From the human T2T-CHM13v2.0 reference genome, Homo sapiens, in the NCBI RefSeq assembly GCF_009914755.1, contig NC_060941.1: a stretch of DNA of 64,000 nt; one strand, given 5' to 3'. Each line of letters begins with the position of its first letter. The stretch's first letter is position 1. The position numbers and the translations under genes are program-made. Below are positions 34,431 through 60,832 of this stretch, piece by piece. The notes beneath the pieces are model-generated. The model saw nothing but the letters and a program-made list of their open reading frames with translations, did no database searches and was not told the DNA's origin.

Positions 34431-34861
34431 GAGAGCAAGGGCGAGCTCCAGAGACTGGCTCTCAGAGTCTTCCTCACACTGAGCCTGGCCACACTGCATG
34501 GGACCACCTGCTGCTCCCATGAGCACTGTCCCACTGCCTTGCCCCCAGCCTAGCAAGTCCCCCGCCTTTCTCCAGGCAAGTCCTGCTGCTGCTCCTAGGC
34601 TTACCATGAAGCCTGAAGCTTCCCACCACCTCAGCCCCTTGGCTGAAGCCCCTATGCCATCCTGTTCCATGGCGTGCTTCATGTCTGGCTGAATCCTGGG
34701 CTCCTAGAGGTAAGGCCAACTCATCCATGGCACATGGCACCAAGCCCAGCACCTCACAGGGTATGACTCGTGACCTCAGTGATCCGCTCGCCTCAGCCTT
34801 CCAAAGTGCTGGGATTACAGGCGTGAGCCACCACGCCCGACCTCTTCCCAGAGATTCTGAT
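34109..34861 (+). repeat. 91-bp dispersed direct duplication (34109-34199 and 34771-34861)
   Basis: Manual alignment: 5 mismatches; includes Alu end plus non-Alu flank. Confidence 0.93.
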
Positions 34862-35156
34862 GGAATACCAACCTTCTGTTGAAGGAATACCAAATCTCTT
34901 CCAGCCTCCCCTGCTCCCACAACTAGGCCAAAGGTGGCAGTGTGGTGACTGGCTCCTCTAGATCCCTACTCCACCCCCTCACCTGAGTCTCTGGTCCCAG
35001 GATTCCTCTTGTGGCATCTGGCTTCTCTCCCACCCACTGCACTCTTGGCCTTGCCCTAAGGGCCAGCCCTGGGATGGCAGACAGTGTACAATTATGTTTC
35101 CCCAGGCAAAGGTGCTCCAGGACGCCCTTTCCATCCCCTCTAAAGAACCAGGTATC

Positions 35157-40564
<5,408 letters not shown>

Positions 40565-41363
40565 CTCTTAGAGGGTCGTTATGAGGATTACCTGAGTCAA
40601 TATTTGCAAAGTGTTTAGCAACCAGGCATGTGGTAATCATTACATATGTTTGCTAAATAACACAAGTGTAGTCAATCAACAAGGTCCATCCTGCTGATGC
40701 TGGGTCTGGGAGGTTGGGACTGAGATTTCCACTTTACAGATGAGGAGACTGAGGACCCGGAGAGGAAGAGACTTGCCCTCAGATGGCACTCAAACCTGAG
40801 GTCTGTCTCCCTTCAACCTTCTCTCTTCCAGCACCCCCAGGTCACCTCCCTCCCTCCTCAGGCGCCTGGCCTGGCCCGGGTGGGCGCAGTGCCCCACACT
40901 GACAGAGGCCCCTTTGTCTCCCTGCCCAGTGTCACACCCAGAGGGCGGAGCACCGCCGGACAAGCGCCCTGTGTCTGGGTCTGTTTCACCGCCAGGTCTG
41001 CGGCCGCCTGGGCGGCTCCAGCCACGGGACTCGAGGTAGGTGGATCCCAGGGCCATTCCCATCCCTTCCATCCCCCACCCCAACCTCAGCAGGGCATCCC
41101 TGACTCTCCCTCAGTGCAAAGAAGGAGAAACCTCCAAGGGAAACGCCCCAGTTCTTGGTCTCGACTCTGTACAAACTCCAAGTGGCCAGAGCCTGGGTGT
41201 TGGGGGGAAGAGCTCCAAGCTGCCTCAAATACCAGAAGCAGGGAGCTAAGGGTGTGGGAATGGCAGCAAGGGCATTCTGCATGTTGCAGGAGGGCTGCGG
41301 TGGGATCCTGGGGAGTGGGACAGAGATTACCCTGCCCTTTTTTACCCCATACTCTATCTGTAA

Positions 41364-44992
<3,629 letters not shown>

Positions 44993-45929
44993 TCAGGGGA
45001 TAGGAGGCCCTTTGGGGTCCTAGGGAGATTGTTCTGGAGATGGATTCTTACAGGGGCCCCGAGCCCATCAGAGAATTATTCCTCTGCTAAAGTCTCACTG
45101 GAGGACTGGCTCAAGCCTCTGCCAACAGGGAGAGTGGGCAGGCTTCTCCCACATTCCAAAGACCACACCCCATGTGTCCCTCTTTAGGAACCCCTAGAAA
45201 ACCCAAGGGTTCCTGTTCCCAGTGCCTTTTCCTGGCATTTCCTCTCCTCTCAGCAGGGAGTGGGGGAGTGTCCCATCCCCATCCTGCCCTCCAGGGCCAG
45301 AGCACTCAACTTTGGGGCTGGGGAGGGGGTCAGCTGGCATCAGATGCGGGACTGAACAGAGCTGAGATCAGAAGGGTAGAGAAGTCTGGGGCTTGGGATG
45401 TAGGAGAGACATCTGGGAGCGGGGGGCGGGGGTCCGGGGAAGGCTGGACAGGGCAGGGGGCAAGGCCAAAGCTGGGTCTGGCCTCTAGCCTGGGCATCTA
45501 AAGTGAGAAGAAGGACCTGTGGAGTCAGTCCTTGCCCCACCCAAGGAAATCTTAATCCAATAAACAAACAGCCAACACAGCCGCTCCTGTGCAAGAAGCC
45601 GTGGGAGCGATGGGGAGGCCACAGAGGTGGGGAGGCCAGGAGAGGGCAGGGAGGCTGTTTAAACAGGCCCCTCGGCCTGGGGCAGTTGGCAGAAATATTT
45701 GGAACAGGGTGGGGAGCACAGCTGTGGTTTGGAGCAGGAAGCTGGGGCCCGGGGTGGGTGGGCTGAGCTTGACTGCTTCCAGGAGAAAGAAAAGTGTCAA
45801 TTCAGCCCCACTCTGGTCAACGCCTCTTCTGAGGGAGACTCCAAGTCCCAACACCCTTCCCTCAGTTCAAGGTCAATCAGGTCAACCAGACAGACAAGGG
45901 GCTCTATCCCTTATCTCCCAGAGTGATGA

Positions 45930-46787
<858 letters not shown>

Positions 46788-46844
46788 GTCACCTTCTTTC
46801 AGGACTCTTGGCTCTCCTTTTGCCGAGACTCCTCAAGAGACTAA

Positions 46845-47125
46845 GGCAGAGAGTCAGAGGGATACATGTCCAGACTGACAGGCAGATATAGAGAGAGGTG
46901 AAGATACAGAAAGACCCACCCAGAGAGATAGCCACGCAGTCAGACACTGAGAGTGGGAGTGTGAGAGAGAGGGACAGAGAGAGAAGGGGTAGACAGAGGA
47001 GGCAGAGAAAAAGGAAGAAGAAAAGACATAGAAAGACTCACAGAAAAAAGAGCTAGACGGGTGGAGAGGAGAGACAGAGATAACAAAGGACAGGGTCAGG
47101 AGAGGGGAAAGGACACAGATGGGGA
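46845..47125. repeat. GA-rich low-complexity region
   Basis: gagaga/acagag runs. Confidence 0.8.
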
Positions 47126-48339
47126 GCACACAGGAGGCGCAGGGCCAGACACACTCACAGGCCGAAGCAGAAAGAGGCTCACGAGAACTACACAAGGACA
47201 GACAGCCTCAGGACCCAGAGACACTCTCCTGGGAGACGTGGGGGGAGCCAAAGTGCTTGGGGGTCGAGCCCCACTGGGGGTGGCCTCACCAGGGCAATGC
47301 TGCTGCCTCCTGTCCCAAAAGCTTAACCAACCGCTGCCGGCATCTGGCCCCCAGCCACCCTCTAGTAAGCCAGCCCTTGGCCACTGGAGCCAGTGGGTCA
47401 CCCAAGGTGAATGAAAAGTCACCAATAAGGGACAGTGAGAGTGTGACTGGGGTGAAGGTATGGGTGTCACAAGCCATGTGTGTCAGGGTGGGTCTGACCT
47501 GGGGTGGGGTTTAGGAGCGCACAACCCTATACACAGACCTCTGGGGGTTAGTGCAGGCGGGCATGCGTACCTGAGTGAGTTTGTGAGTGTCTGTACACGT
47601 GTGTGGATCCAGTTCCATTAAGAGCCTCACGATGCTAATGAGGCCAACGTGGCAGGCTGTTCCTCAAATAGCCCAATCAGAAACAATGAGTGAGCAGAGA
47701 CAGCCACAATAAAGGTTTCATGCCTCTTCTGAACAGACGGTGTGTCCAGGTGCCACAGGGCACTTGACTACAGTCAACACCAGCGTACCATTCATTCCCG
47801 CTGGGGATGACCCCCGCCGCCTGGCCAGCTGACCCCACAGTCTCCCCTGTCCCAAGCCCAAACTCCAAACTCATGGGAGAACCCACATGATAGACACATG
47901 GGCCCTCCCGGGTGGCAGGCGCAGCTCCCTCTGAGAAGGGCAGCCAGAGGGATGGTGGGGTCCAACCCTGGCTTTCCCCCAGGCTAGCTTCCATCCCTCC
48001 TGCTGCTGCGGCCCCATTTAGCTCTCTCCTTGCTCCTGGGGTCCAGTGACCCACACCCTCACCACACACAGGAGAGAAGTAACCTCTCCTCCCCAGCCCT
48101 TCCCTCTCAAGCATCACAGGACATTAAAAAAAAAATTGTCCCAGTTTTGTGGTGGATAATGAGGTCAGGAGGCCCACAGGGGAACTGCTTGTTGATGACA
48201 ACTGACAATCTTCATTTCACCTTGAAACTCCGTCCTGGTCCAGGTAAGCATGTTCTAAGCCCAGTTTTATAGGGGTGCTACTCTACTGGGGGACAGGGAG
48301 AGTGGGGAAGGAATTAACCAAATGGCAGCTGAAGTCACA

Positions 48340-48545
48340 GGCCCAGCCAGGCCCACCTGGAACACTCACAGGGCCTGGGGCAAGGGGACAAATGGCGGCC
48401 CACAGACATATGTCTAAATATTTAAAAGTTATAAATCAAGCCAGCAAACTGTGAAATATGTTCTAACCTCTCACCCTGACAAATACACCTTCATTAACAA
48501 CCTGGAGGACCAGATACAAATTTGGATTTATCTGCCTCCTGAGCT
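48340..48545. mobile_element. hAT-Tip100-type DNA transposon fossil (MER115-like, tentative)
   Basis: AT-rich ATATGTCTAAATATTTAAAAGTTATAAATCAAG block resembling recalled consensus. Confidence 0.45.
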
Positions 48546-49409
48546 TTACACATCAGAATGACTCTGTGCAGAGGAGACAGCTCCACTCGCACCCTGGCCA
48601 CCCCCCTTCCTGCTGCCGGGTCCTGTCTGCACCACAAGGGACTCTTGTGCATGTATAAGGACACCCAGCCTCATGTCCTTGCTCCATCCACAGCCCCTGC
48701 AAATAGCTGTCCCTTCACTGTCCGTAGGGGTGCACACACTATTGGCATAACCTGTCCTGAGGCAGACAGGCCCAGGGAAGAGGCTGGCATGGGCTGGGAG
48801 CCAGATGGTGACCATCTAGGCAGGGACCTCCAGAGTCACAGGTATGGAGAATGTGGTCTTGGAGGGGACTCACAGTCTCATCCCCTCGGCCCTGCTGATG
48901 CCTCATCCCACAGGGAGAGGACTGGCAGCAGGAGGGCCAGAGTGGAGCCTTTGAAAGCCCCCAGCTTAGGGCATGGGCACTCCCTCCCTTGCCCAGGTTT
49001 AAGGGTGCTACTGAACTCAGCCTTCCCTGGCAGCCTAGAGATCAGGCCAGGGCCTGAAGCTGTCCTTTCACTGGAGGACAGCTTGGACAATCCCCAAACA
49101 GGACTTTCAGTCACTCGTATTATTTATCTTCCTGGAAAAATTTAGTGCGGCTTGATCCCAACTCCTGGAGGTGGGAGGGCAGAGCAGTGATGACAAGAGG
49201 GCATTTTTTTCAGGTTGGGTCTCCAAGCCAGAGCTTGTTCCACTGAGGCACAGCCCAAGTGAGCTCCTGCTGGTACTGGTCCCTGCCTTGGGCGGGGGCG
49301 GGGGGACTCTCTCCCCTCTACAGAGACAAAAGGCAACACAAACAAGGTGACTAAAAGAGGAGGAGGTGAGGGGCCCTGGGCAGCCCAGAGAGGTCCAGAG
49401 ATCCAGGAA

Positions 49410-49423
49410 CCAGCAGGGGGCAG
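49410..49423 (+). promoter_or_regulatory. Candidate CTCF site
   Basis: CCAGCAGGGGGCAG matches the CTCF core consensus; motif only. Confidence 0.4.
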
Positions 49424-50729
49424 GTTCCCCCTGGTAGGGGGGCATGCAGTGAAGGGCACTCTTTCTAGCCAAGCTTAGCTAAAAAAAAAAAAAAAAAAAC
49501 CCTTCCACTCCCCCCTCCCCTGCTCGCTCTCACTCCCTGCAGATCGGCTTTGCTGTCCCACACATGAGGGGACACTGGTACTTTCTGAGCCCTCGCCAGG
49601 CTCCAGGCACTGTGCTAAGCGCTCTACATGTGTACCCTCATTTAACCCTTGCAGCCACTCTATGAGGTGGGTTCTATTATTATCCCCATTTTACAGGTGA
49701 TTAAGTGAACTCAAAGAGGTTAAGAAACTTGTTCAAGGTCACGCAGTAGGTAGAGGTGTCAGAACTCAGCTCTAACTGACCCCAAAGCCCCCACTCTTTC
49801 CACTAGAGCACATGGCCTCCCAGAAGCAAGAAGCTGGCACAGACCCAGAAGGGATGAAGGTCGGATATGAGAACGAACTTCTGCCTCTGATGGTTTGTGT
49901 GGTGAAATGAGGCAATGGAATGGGGAATCTAGACAGACAAGGAAGCCCCCCTCCCCCCATTGTCACCCGTGTCTGTCCAAAGGCTTGCGATGATCTCAGG
50001 AAGGTCCCTGGGGTCCCAGCTGGACCCAGACAGCAATGTCCTGACTTCCCTTTGTTCTATAATCCAGGGTCCTCTGCTCTACTTCAACCCAGCACCAAGA
50101 CCCAAAGGCTGCCTCTCCTTAGTGGCTCAGAGCTCTGAGCATCACATTCAAGCTGTCAGCCCAGGTCCTCCTCCTCCAGGAAGGCTTCCTCGAGGTCCTG
50201 GGAGGCAGGACCCCTTTCCTACAGCCCAAATCCCAACACTGAGGGTGCAAATGCTCCCCTGTCTGCAATAAGGCCACATCTGCGATCACCTTCCCCAGCC
50301 GGCTCTGTGACACAGACACAGAAAAGATCTACTGAGTTCCCAGACTTTCCGGGTTCCCTAGGCCATCGGGGTAATCCCCTGCTCACCCCCTTGTACCCAG
50401 ATGTAAATAAATGATGCAGGTGCCCTGGGGCTCATTAGAAAATCCCAGGCCCCAGCTCAGCTATGCGGCGGCTTTTACCTCATTAGCCCACGGAACAGAA
50501 GCCCAGTTTGGGTCAAGCCATCACCCCCTAGGGTGGGGAAGAGGCTGCCCTTGGATGAGGCATGGCGCACTCTCAGTCAACGAGGTTCCTTACTCCGGAC
50601 CCCCGTCCTCACCATCCCCAACCTGCCCCACTCCAGAAAGCTGCGTGTCTAATGCCCGGCTCTTTCTTTTCCATCCTTTGGAGCCCGCCTGGCATCAGGG
50701 ATAACCAGCCAGGACCCTCTAACTGCCCC

Positions 50730-51260
50730 AGAGTTCAGTCCCGCCCAGCAGATGCCCAACGTCGGCGCTCAGAGCCGAGATAGGGATATCCTCACTGTCC
50801 CTTGGGGTCCCCCAATTTTGAGGCGAGAGGACCGGACAGGTGGAAGAGGCTGCCTCGTTCTCCCGCGCTGCCCTCGAGGTCCTCGGCGTGGACTAGCCCG
50901 CGTCGCCGTCTTACCTGCGGGGCAGAGACGGAGCCCGCCGCGGCCACCTGCTCTCGCCTGGCTGGGAACGCTGCGTGTGGGGCTGGCTGGGAGGGGCGGG
51001 GCCCGGCGGGGCAGGGGCGGGGCTGGGAGGGGGAGCCGGGCCGGCCCCTCCTCGAGGCCCCGCCGGTGGGGTGCGCGGGCTCATTCAGGTGGGAAGTCCC
51101 GGGAGAGCATCTGAGCCACAGGGAGGGCCCGGAGCTCGAGTTCTGAAGGCTGGGAAGTTAGGACTCCAGGGGGTGCGGGGGGTGGGTGGGAATTCCCCGC
51201 TTCAGACAGCCTCGCCCAGATGCCCTGGAGCGGGTGACTTCATATAAAGACCCCTCACAC
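50730..51260 (-). promoter_or_regulatory. ZNF385C: CpG-island promoter of ZNF385C with Sp1/KLF GC boxes
   Basis: CpG-rich; GGGGCGGGG boxes at ~50994-51022; strong minus-strand donor downstream. Confidence 0.8.
50915..50985 (-). other. ZNF385C: ZNF385C non-coding exon 1 (5' end approximate)
   Basis: CAG|GTAAG donor at 50915/50914 within CpG island; no ATG; assignment uses recalled locus layout. Confidence 0.75.
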
Positions 51261-52396
51261 GAAGAAGAAAGCTCAGAAACCTCTCCTGGCCTGAGTCCCC
51301 TTCCATCTGAGCTCTTCGGGCCTGGCAGGGTTGGGTGTGAGACGGGACACTCCTCTAAAGTAAGGGTGCCCTCTCCAGGGCTCAGCTGTGTAGGGGTTTA
51401 GGCCGCTGAGGGGGCCATTAGGCAACCAGACCATCTTTATCCTCAGCCCATCTCCCTCCCTGCCACACAGCCCCTCCTCCGCCCCCAGCGCCAGCCCAGG
51501 TCCCCCAGCTGTCACTGTTTAGCCCTGGAATGACAGGCGTCCTGACTCCGTGAGTCTAGCCACATTCAAGGCCTTTGAGCTTAGCACCCCTGAGCCCCTG
51601 CCCCCTCCCTCTGCCCCCAGTCGCTAATTTTATTGACCTGTAAAAGGCACGTTGCTGGCAGGCAGTATACTAACTGAAGGCAAAGTGGGGAGCGGATGGG
51701 CAACTCTCCCCCCGGGAAGGCAGCTGGAGATGGGACAGGAGGGAGGAGGAAGGAGACTCCTGGATCCAGGGCCAAGGACACTTTGAGAGGAGGAAGAGGG
51801 GGGCCTTGGGAAAGAGAAGTACACTGTCTATGGGAGATGGTAGCCAAAAAGACGGGAACGGGAATTTCAGCCCTCAATCAGACAAGAGGCCTACAGAAAA
51901 AAGAAAATGCTGGGAGAAGACAGGGTGCATTTCTCATCTACCTGGGGACAGAACCAAGAATGTAGCAGGAGGGAAGGAGGTTGGACGGCAGGAAGGACTG
52001 CCATCCTGCTCTCAAATCTCTGCCCTAGCCCCCTCCCTTCCTCTTGAAGGTGTCTCCTGCCTGCTGGGCCTTGTACTACAGAAATAGCCCTTTCCCTGAT
52101 GAAGCAACCTAGATCTTGCCTTTCTTTTTCTTTCTTGTTAAAATGAGAACAGAAAATTTAGGCCTTTGTAATTTTCCCCACCCCCGTGCCTACCTGAGCC
52201 CACCCCTCAAACCCTGGATCTCAGCCTTTCCCCAGCCTAGGGGAGATGATCTGAGGGTTAAGGGAAGGTGGAGAGGGGAATATCGGGGTTGGAAGCTATT
52301 ATGGGGTAGGGGGAGCAGGAAGCCCTCACACTCTTGATGGGCCTCAAGTTTAGACTGTTGATACCCTTTATGAATAAGGCTTAGGAGGGCTATTAA

Positions 52397-53869
<1,473 letters not shown>

Positions 53870-53904
53870 CTACCAATTATATTCCAACAAAATTAAGACA
53901 CCAC

Positions 53905-54264
53905 ACATTTTCTATCCCATTTTTTCATTTATTTTTATGAGGAGCCTCAAAAAATAGAAGTGGCCTTGGTAGGGAAGGAATGTCGTGATTCTGAGTACAG
54001 TATGGCAAATTCTTTTGCCTCAGTTTCCCTAACTCCATCCAGTGCATATGAAAATGTCTATGTGCGTACAAGGTAGGTCTGGACTAAGCTCTGGCCCTCC
54101 GGTTGTTTTCCCATTGCGGGAGCCTAAGCCAGGGTGCCCAGGACTCCTGTGTGGCTGGTGGGCCTGATGCCCACAGCTGATGATTCAGGAAGGAGGGGCC
54201 TGGAGTCTGCTGCAGACTCTCCCGCCCCCTACAGCCCAAACCGGGCACTGCAGCAATGAGGTGG
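53905..54264 (-). terminator. DHX58: DHX58 3'UTR with poly(A) signal AATAAA (53933-53928) and downstream GU-rich element
   Basis: tttatt on + strand at 53928-53933, followed on - strand by TGTGTGGTGTCTT; cleavage position approximate. Confidence 0.85.
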
Positions 54265-54510
<246 letters not shown>

Positions 54511-54710
54511 TCAAGTTGGAATTCCCTGAATACAGGGCCTTTTCCTCCCACCTGAGATGTCACAGACTGTGGGCTCCCTTAGGGAGGGGCTGGACCTCCC
54601 TCTTCAGACTGGAGGCCATGGGGTGGGACTGTCTCCCGTGTCCTAGTGAGGGCTCCCTGAGGGCCTCTGAAGACTGGGGCTGAGGACTCTGGGGCCTGGG
54701 ACGTGGCCTA

Positions 54711-54845
<135 letters not shown>

Positions 54846-56110
54846 TCATTGACCCTCCTCAGCCCCGGATCTCATGCCCTCCTGCCGGCCAAGTCTCTGC
54901 CTGGACCTTGGGCCTTCCTGCTGGTTAAGAGGCACAGACTTCCCAGGCCAGGAAATCCAATCTTTGGTGAGTTCTACCTGTGTGGCCTCCATCGCACGTT
55001 CCCTTGTGCCCAGGTTCAAGCCTCAGCATCGGTTACCTGGTCTTCACAGTCTCCTTATGGGTCTCTCTGCCTCCATTTTTACTCCCAATCCCAAGCCATC
55101 CTTCCACCAACTGCTAGAGGGATCTAAAAATATAAATCTGCCCTGACATTCTGTTCCTTAAAATCTATCCAAGATTCCTAAGAGGAACCTCCTGGATAAA
55201 GGCTACACTTTCACACCTGACCTTTCAAATCTTCCACGGGCTAGTCTGTCTTTTTCTAAATCTCATTATTCACAGTCCCTTCCACTCAGGTCAACTGGTG
55301 TCGCTTTTTTTTTTTTAAAGGCAGAGTCTCACTCTATTGCCCAGGCTGGAGTGCAGTGGTGCGATCTTGGCTTGCCTCCCGGGTTCAAGTGATTCTCATG
55401 CCTCAGCCACCCAAGTAGCTGGGATTACAAGCATGGGCCACCACGCCCAGCTAATTTTTGTATTTTTTTTTAGTAGAGAAGGGGTTTCAATATGTTGGCC
55501 AGACTGGTCTTGAACTCCTAACCTCAAGTGATCTACCCACCTCCGCCTCCCAAAGTGTTGGAATTACAGGCGTGAGCCACTGCACCTGGCCCTCCATGGT
55601 TACCTTCTCATTCGCTCACATTCAAACCAGACCCATTGAGACCTAGCTGAAATGCAACCTCCTCAATTGAGAAAATCTGTGTGAAGATCCTTGGCACAGT
55701 GGCCCGGAACACAGAGGGTAACATAATGAATGGATGGAGGATGGGGGAAGGTTACTCTCTAGGAGATAGTGGATGGAGGATGGCCCAGGGATGGCCAAGC
55801 TCTCTTGATATCTTCGGAATAGGTAGGACCAGAGGGTCAATGTGTGGTCTTTTGACACTTAGTATCCTGAATTCCAGTTCTTGCTCAACCAGATAGTGGC
55901 TGTGGGAACTTGGGCAAGTCACATAGCCTCTCTGAGCCTCTATTTCCTTGCCTGTAAAATGGAGACAGGGATAAAACCTGTCTAACCAGATTATTGTGAA
56001 AATGCAAAGTACTTGCTACAATGCTCTTTAGCTTCCCAAAGCTTCAAAGCACTGTCTGGATGGGAAGGATTCCCAGGCCCCCATCCCAGTAGCCCCTTCC
56101 ACAGGTCTCA

Positions 56111-56410
<300 letters not shown>

Positions 56411-56466
56411 TTAACCCTCCCTGGAGCTTAAAAGAAGCTCTATTGCTGTGATGATGCAGTAACTCA

Positions 56467-56577
<111 letters not shown>

Positions 56578-57158
56578 TTAGCCGGGCATGGTGGCGCATG
56601 CCTGTAATCCCAGCTACTCGGGAGGCTGAGGCAAGAGAATTGCTTGAGCCCAGGAGGTGGAGATTGTGCCATGCACTCCAGCCTGGGTGACAGAGTGAGA
56701 CTCCGTCTCGGGGAAAAAAAAAAAAACAGCTATGGAGAAAAACAGTATGAGTAGTCGGGGGCAACAGTGGGAGGGGTAAGCTTTCCTGCTCAATCTTGAA
56801 GGACTTTAGGCAAAGCTGCTTCTGTGAATCTGTCATGGGGCATCATTAACAATTATGCTGGGACAACAGGGAGCACCCTGGACAAGGCAGGATGGTGGTG
56901 GCCCTGCCTCAGGGGAACTGATGATATAAGTCCTAGTTCTGGGCTTATCTTCTGCACGTGGACTTATCTTGTCCCCTCTGCCTGGTTCCAGAAAGGCTGT
57001 AATGCAGCTCTTCCAGATACATAAAGTATCTCATGGCAAAGATAAATAAAGAGCCTTGGACAAGGCCTGTTCCCAAGGCCTTCTGGAGTCCAGGTACTGC
57101 CTTCCCTGGCAGCCCCACCCCGGCCCTTATTTAAACCTTCCCTAGGTGGCCAAAGTTA

Positions 57159-57485
<327 letters not shown>

Positions 57486-57488
57486 CTA

Positions 57489-57719
<231 letters not shown>

Positions 57720-58071
57720 TCAGACTGACTCCACCTGCCAGAGTAGCCTCTTCTGGTTCAGCCCTCACTCCCAATCTTGGTCCATCTCCCTAGAGTACTT
57801 GAATCCCATCTTTATCCCCAGGTACCCCCAGGATCTTGCCCATCTTCCCAGGTAACTGTCCAACCCCTATCTTCCCTAGGGACTCCTAAGGGTCCCTGCC
57901 CCTCTAGTCTAGGAAAAACTCTCAAGCCATAGTCTTCTGCAAGGGACCCCAGACCTGATCCTGTGCCCTGAGGAACTGCATCACCCACCTCTTTCCCTAC
58001 GGACCCCCATGCCCAACCTTCTGCCCCCAAGGACCTCCAGACTGGGAGAGGCTCCAGCACTGGGGAGGTCA

Positions 58072-58512
<441 letters not shown>

Positions 58513-58662
58513 TTAGCTGGGTGTAGTGGCACATGTCTGTAGTCCCAGATACTTGGGAGGCTGAGGGCAGAAGGATCGCTTAAGCCTAGGAGGTCAAGGC
58601 TGAAGAGAGCTATGATTGCACCACTGCACTCCAGGCTGTGTAACAGAGTGAGACTCTGTCTG

Positions 58663-58848
58663 GGAAAAAAAAAAAGAAAGCAAGAAAGCAAGAGAAAGAG
58701 AGAGAGAGAAAGAGAGAAGGAAAGAAAGGGAGGGAGGGAAAGAAAGAAAAAAAGGAAAAGAAAGAGAGAGAGAAAGAGAGAAGGAAAGAAGGGAAGGAGG
58801 GAAGGAAGGGAGGGAGGGAGGGAAAGAAAGAAAGAGAAAGAAGAAAAG
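58663..58848. repeat. Polypurine (GA/GGAA/GAAA)n tract expanded from an Alu tail
   Basis: ~185 nt almost purely A/G on + strand. Confidence 0.95.
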
Positions 58849-59009
58849 CCCCAGAGGCAGAGGATTCAGATCTTGGAGTGGGGAGGGCACTGGCGGAGGA
58901 GGTTCTCACAGCAATAGGACTGTAGGCGTGCAGAAGGTGGGGGGTGGGGGGTGGGGGAAGGATGGAACTCCTGCTCAACTCCCCCACAGCAGCACCAAGA
59001 ACATATTTA

Positions 59010-59338
<329 letters not shown>

Positions 59339-60029
59339 CTACCGAGCCCACTCTCAAGGCCAGCCTCACACCGGGGTCATACAGTACAGAACCTCAGACC
59401 AGAACCCTCTTCTCCCCAGTGACCAGGATGACCCTTGAGCTTTTAACTCTGACCTCTGCTACCCAGATCTCTTGAGCCCCAGCCTGTGCTGCGATTTGCA
59501 ACCTTAAATTTCACCCTCTGACTTTCAGCTTCACTCTCTCAGTCTAAAGGAACCACTCCTAGCTAATCCTTTTAAAAAATCTGGGCCGGGCACAGTGGCT
59601 CACACCTGTAATCCCAGCACTTTGGGAGGCAGAGGCAGGAGGATCACTTGAGCCCAGGAGTTAGAGATCAGCCTGGGCAACAAAGCAAGACTCCGCCTCT
59701 TCAAAAAAAATTTTTTTTAATTAGCTGGGAGTGGTGGTGCCCACCTGTACGCCTAGCTACTTGGGAAGCTGAAGGGTGAGAATTACTTGAGCCCATTAGG
59801 TCGAGGTTGCAGTGAGCTATGATTGCACAACTGTCCTCCAGCCTGGGTGACAGAGCAAGACCCCGACTATTAAAAAAAAAAAAAAAGTCAACAATGTTAA
59901 TTAATTTTAACAACTAAGCAAAAACCTTCACAAATGAGGAAATAAATCAGTCCTACCCATGGCCTTGGATTTTGGTTAGAAAAATAGGATCTCCACCAGT
60001 ATCCTCACGGGCACCTTCCCATCCGACCT

Positions 60030-60500
60030 TGGCGCCTGTGCCCTGGCCTCTGACCTCGCATCCAGGTCCCATCATCCCCGGCCCCGAAGCCCCCTCCCGC
60101 CCCTCACCATCGAACAGGGCCAGCAGCCGGCGCTCGGCACACAGGATCTGGGTTTTAGTGACGTGCTCCCTGTGATAGAAATCCTGCAGCGCAGCCAAGG
60201 CATCCACGGCGCGGACGGTGTCATGGATGAGCAGCGCGTCATTGTAGCGCCTCAGGTGAAGCGCATACACCCGTTGCTCCTGAAGCCCAGCCAAAGCCGC
60301 TGCGGGAAGAGGGCGCAGGGTCTGAGCAGCCCACAGCCCCGCCCCCTGCCCTGCCCCATAGGGCCGTCCCACTCGACTCCACCCCTGGGGTGGATAGGCC
60401 CCGCCCCAAAGGCCTCCGCCCCGGCAGGCCCCGCCCCTGACCACTCCCACATCCTCGCCTCCGCCAGAAGGGCTGCCCCTCTCACCAGCCTCACTCAGCT
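60030..60500. promoter_or_regulatory. Intragenic CpG-rich island in DHX58 with clustered GC boxes
   Basis: High CpG density over two exons and the short intron; repeated GGCCCCGCCCC. Confidence 0.65.
60108..60299 (-). CDS. DHX58: DHX58 exon ([10 protein letters not shown]...LLALFD), Hel2i
   Basis: 192 nt, phase 1-1, [11 protein letters not shown] motif typical of RIG-I-like receptors. Confidence 0.97.
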
Positions 60501-60612
60501 TCACCACCTGCTGCTCATACATTTGCGTCCCAAATTTCCGGCTCAACTCAGGCATCTCCAGGTGGTCATGGATTTGGTCCATGAGCTTCTTCAGCAAGTC
60601 CCCAAACGGATC
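60486..60612 (-). CDS. DHX58: DHX58 exon (DPFGDLLKK...KLSEA), Hel2i
   Basis: 127 nt, canonical AG / GTGAG, matches LGP2. Confidence 0.97.
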
Positions 60613-60832
60613 CTGAGCAAGAGGAGAGTTGGAGGGGATTCCCATACACGTTGGAGGATGGGCACCCAGTGGGGGTGCTGACCCCGGCGTGTAGCACACC
60701 GCGACTGCCTCACCCATCTGTCTTAGCTGTGGTGTGAGCTCCAGAGGGAGGCCGGCTAGGGTGTGGGGGAGTCCTGCCCTGTCTCACCCGCGATGTGCTC
60801 TTACCCTTTGGCCTGGGCACGGTGATGCCTAG

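Noticed and set aside
40945-40972. REST/RE1-like motif AGCACC-GCC-GGACAAGCGCC
   Set aside because: Spacing and right half-site deviate from the canonical RE1; unsupported without ChIP data
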